Of a stretch of 6,537 nucleotides of DNA, positions 5,665 through 6,537 are shown one piece after another. How positions within the stretch are numbered: the first letter of the stretch is position 1; each line of letters starts with the position of its first letter. Source of the DNA: Candidatus Wukongarchaeum yapensis (lineage in GTDB: Archaea > Asgardarchaeota > Wukongarchaeia > Wukongarchaeales > Wukongarchaeaceae); NCBI GenBank assembly GCA_016840425.1, contig JAEOSI010000129.1, positions 1 through 6,537 on the forward strand, written 5' to 3'. The notes under the pieces were generated by a model. The model saw nothing but the letters and a program-made list of their open reading frames with translations. It was not told the origin of the DNA and searched no databases. Made by a program: the position numbers and the translations under genes.

Positions 5665-6087
5665 TTGGCATCCAGTAAAAGCAAACAACCAAGAAAACAG
5701 AGGAAGATGATTTTTACTACACCTTTACACAAAAAGAGAAAATTATTTAACGCCCGCCTCTCAACAGAACTACAAATAACGCATGGAGTGAAAAGATTAC
5801 CGATTGTTAATGGTGACACCGTTCTGATTTTGAGAGGTCAGTATAAGGGGATAGAAGGAGAAGTAAGTCTGGTTGATACTAAAAGCATAAGGATTCATAT
5901 TCAAGGTGCTGAAAGAGAAAAAGCTGACGGCTCAACGGTTATGTATCCTATCCACCCTTCAAATGTTGAGATTACAGTGCTTAATCTTAAAGATTCTTTA
6001 AGGAAGGAATTGATTGAGCGTCTTAGTAAGGAAGAGGTAAGATTGAAGGCGGAAATGTTGGAAAAGATGGAAGAAGAAGAGTTTTAA
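5665..6087 (+). CDS. rpl24p: 50S ribosomal protein L24 (uL24; eukaryotic RPL26 orthologue)
   Basis: SKQPRKQRK, PLHKKRK, GDTVLILRGQYKG.EG.V, EKADGSTVMYPIHPSNVEIT. True start is TTG 5665, 9 nt after AGGAGG (5650-5655). The ORF-track start at 5581 overlaps L14. Confidence 0.96.
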   Translation: MASSKSKQPRKQRKMIFTTPLHKKRKLFNARLSTELQITHGVKRLPIVNGDTVLILRGQYKGIEGEVSLVDTKSIRIHIQGAEREKADGSTVMYPIHPSNVEITVLNLKDSLRKELIERLSKEEVRLKAEMLEKMEEEEF

Positions 6088-6111
6088 AATTGATTTTAGA
6101 GGTGCGGTAAT

Positions 6112-6537
6112 GTGGGTAGAAAAGGAAACAGACAACACATGAAAAGGTTGGCAGCACCGAGATTGTGGCCTGTTCACCGTAAAAAGGCTGTTTGGGCGGT
6201 TAAACCTTCACCTGGCCCCCATCCTATGGGGGAGTGCTTGCCCCTGCAAGTTATTATAAGGGATATTTTGGATTACGCTAAAACTGGTAAAGAGGCTAAG
6301 AAAATAATTACTGATGGAAAGATAATAGTTGACGGTAGGGTGAGAAAAGACAGGCGCTTTCCTGTGGGGCTCATGGATGTTATTGAGATCCCTGATTTGG
6401 AGGAGTTATACAGGGTTTTGCCTAAATATAGGAAAGGATTAGTGCTTCAACCCATAGAAGCGGAGGAAAAGAACTTTAAACTTTGTAAAGTGATCGGGAA
6501 AACCACAATAAAAGGTGGTAAAACACAGTTTAATTTA
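6112..6537 (+). CDS. rps4e: 30S ribosomal protein S4e (eS4), 3'-truncated by the window edge; absent from the ORF track
   Basis: Own translation from GTG 6112: MGRKGNRQHMKRLAAPRLWPVHRKKAVWAVKPSPGPH...LQVIIRDILDYAKTGKEAKKII..G.I.VDGRVRKDRRFPVGLMDVI..., open to base 6537. SD GAGGTG 6099-6104. Confidence 0.96.
   Translation, partial: MGRKGNRQHMKRLAAPRLWPVHRKKAVWAVKPSPGPHPMGECLPLQVIIRDILDYAKTGKEAKKIITDGKIIVDGRVRKDRRFPVGLMDVIEIPDLEELYRVLPKYRKGLVLQPIEAEEKNFKLCKVIGKTTIKGGKTQFNL

Noticed and set aside
5458-5688. 76-aa minus-strand ORF
   Set aside because: Antisense shadow of L14/L24.

Overview
Archaeal chromosomal window. Evidence: archaeal-type ribosomal proteins including S4e, RNase P subunit Rpp29, BRE/TATA-like promoters and GGAGG/GGTG Shine-Dalgarno sites. 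A TACK or Asgard lineage is plausible but cannot be proven from this window. Left part: the 3' end of a small CxxC-containing gene (+), then two minus-strand genes, an AlgC/ManB-type alpha-D-phosphohexomutase (PMM/PGM) and a 111-aa two-helix membrane protein. Divergent from these is a ribosomal protein cluster that begins at S19 rather than L3: S19-L22-S3-L29-Rpp29-S17-L14-L24-S4e (partial). The most interesting item is the 111-aa membrane protein. Its first helix aligns without gaps to eukaryotic DPM2 and its second helix to eukaryotic PIG-P (both references recalled from memory), and it lies directly downstream of a hexose phosphomutase. It is a candidate archaeal relative of the small subunits of Dol-P-Man synthase / GPI-GlcNAc transferase. 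Secondary oddities: a perfect nested 51-bp repeat building an acidic S3 tail, a split S10 cluster with its own promoters, mostly non-ATG starts, out-of-frame ATGs next to the L24 and S4e starts, and an RPL26-like tail on uL24.
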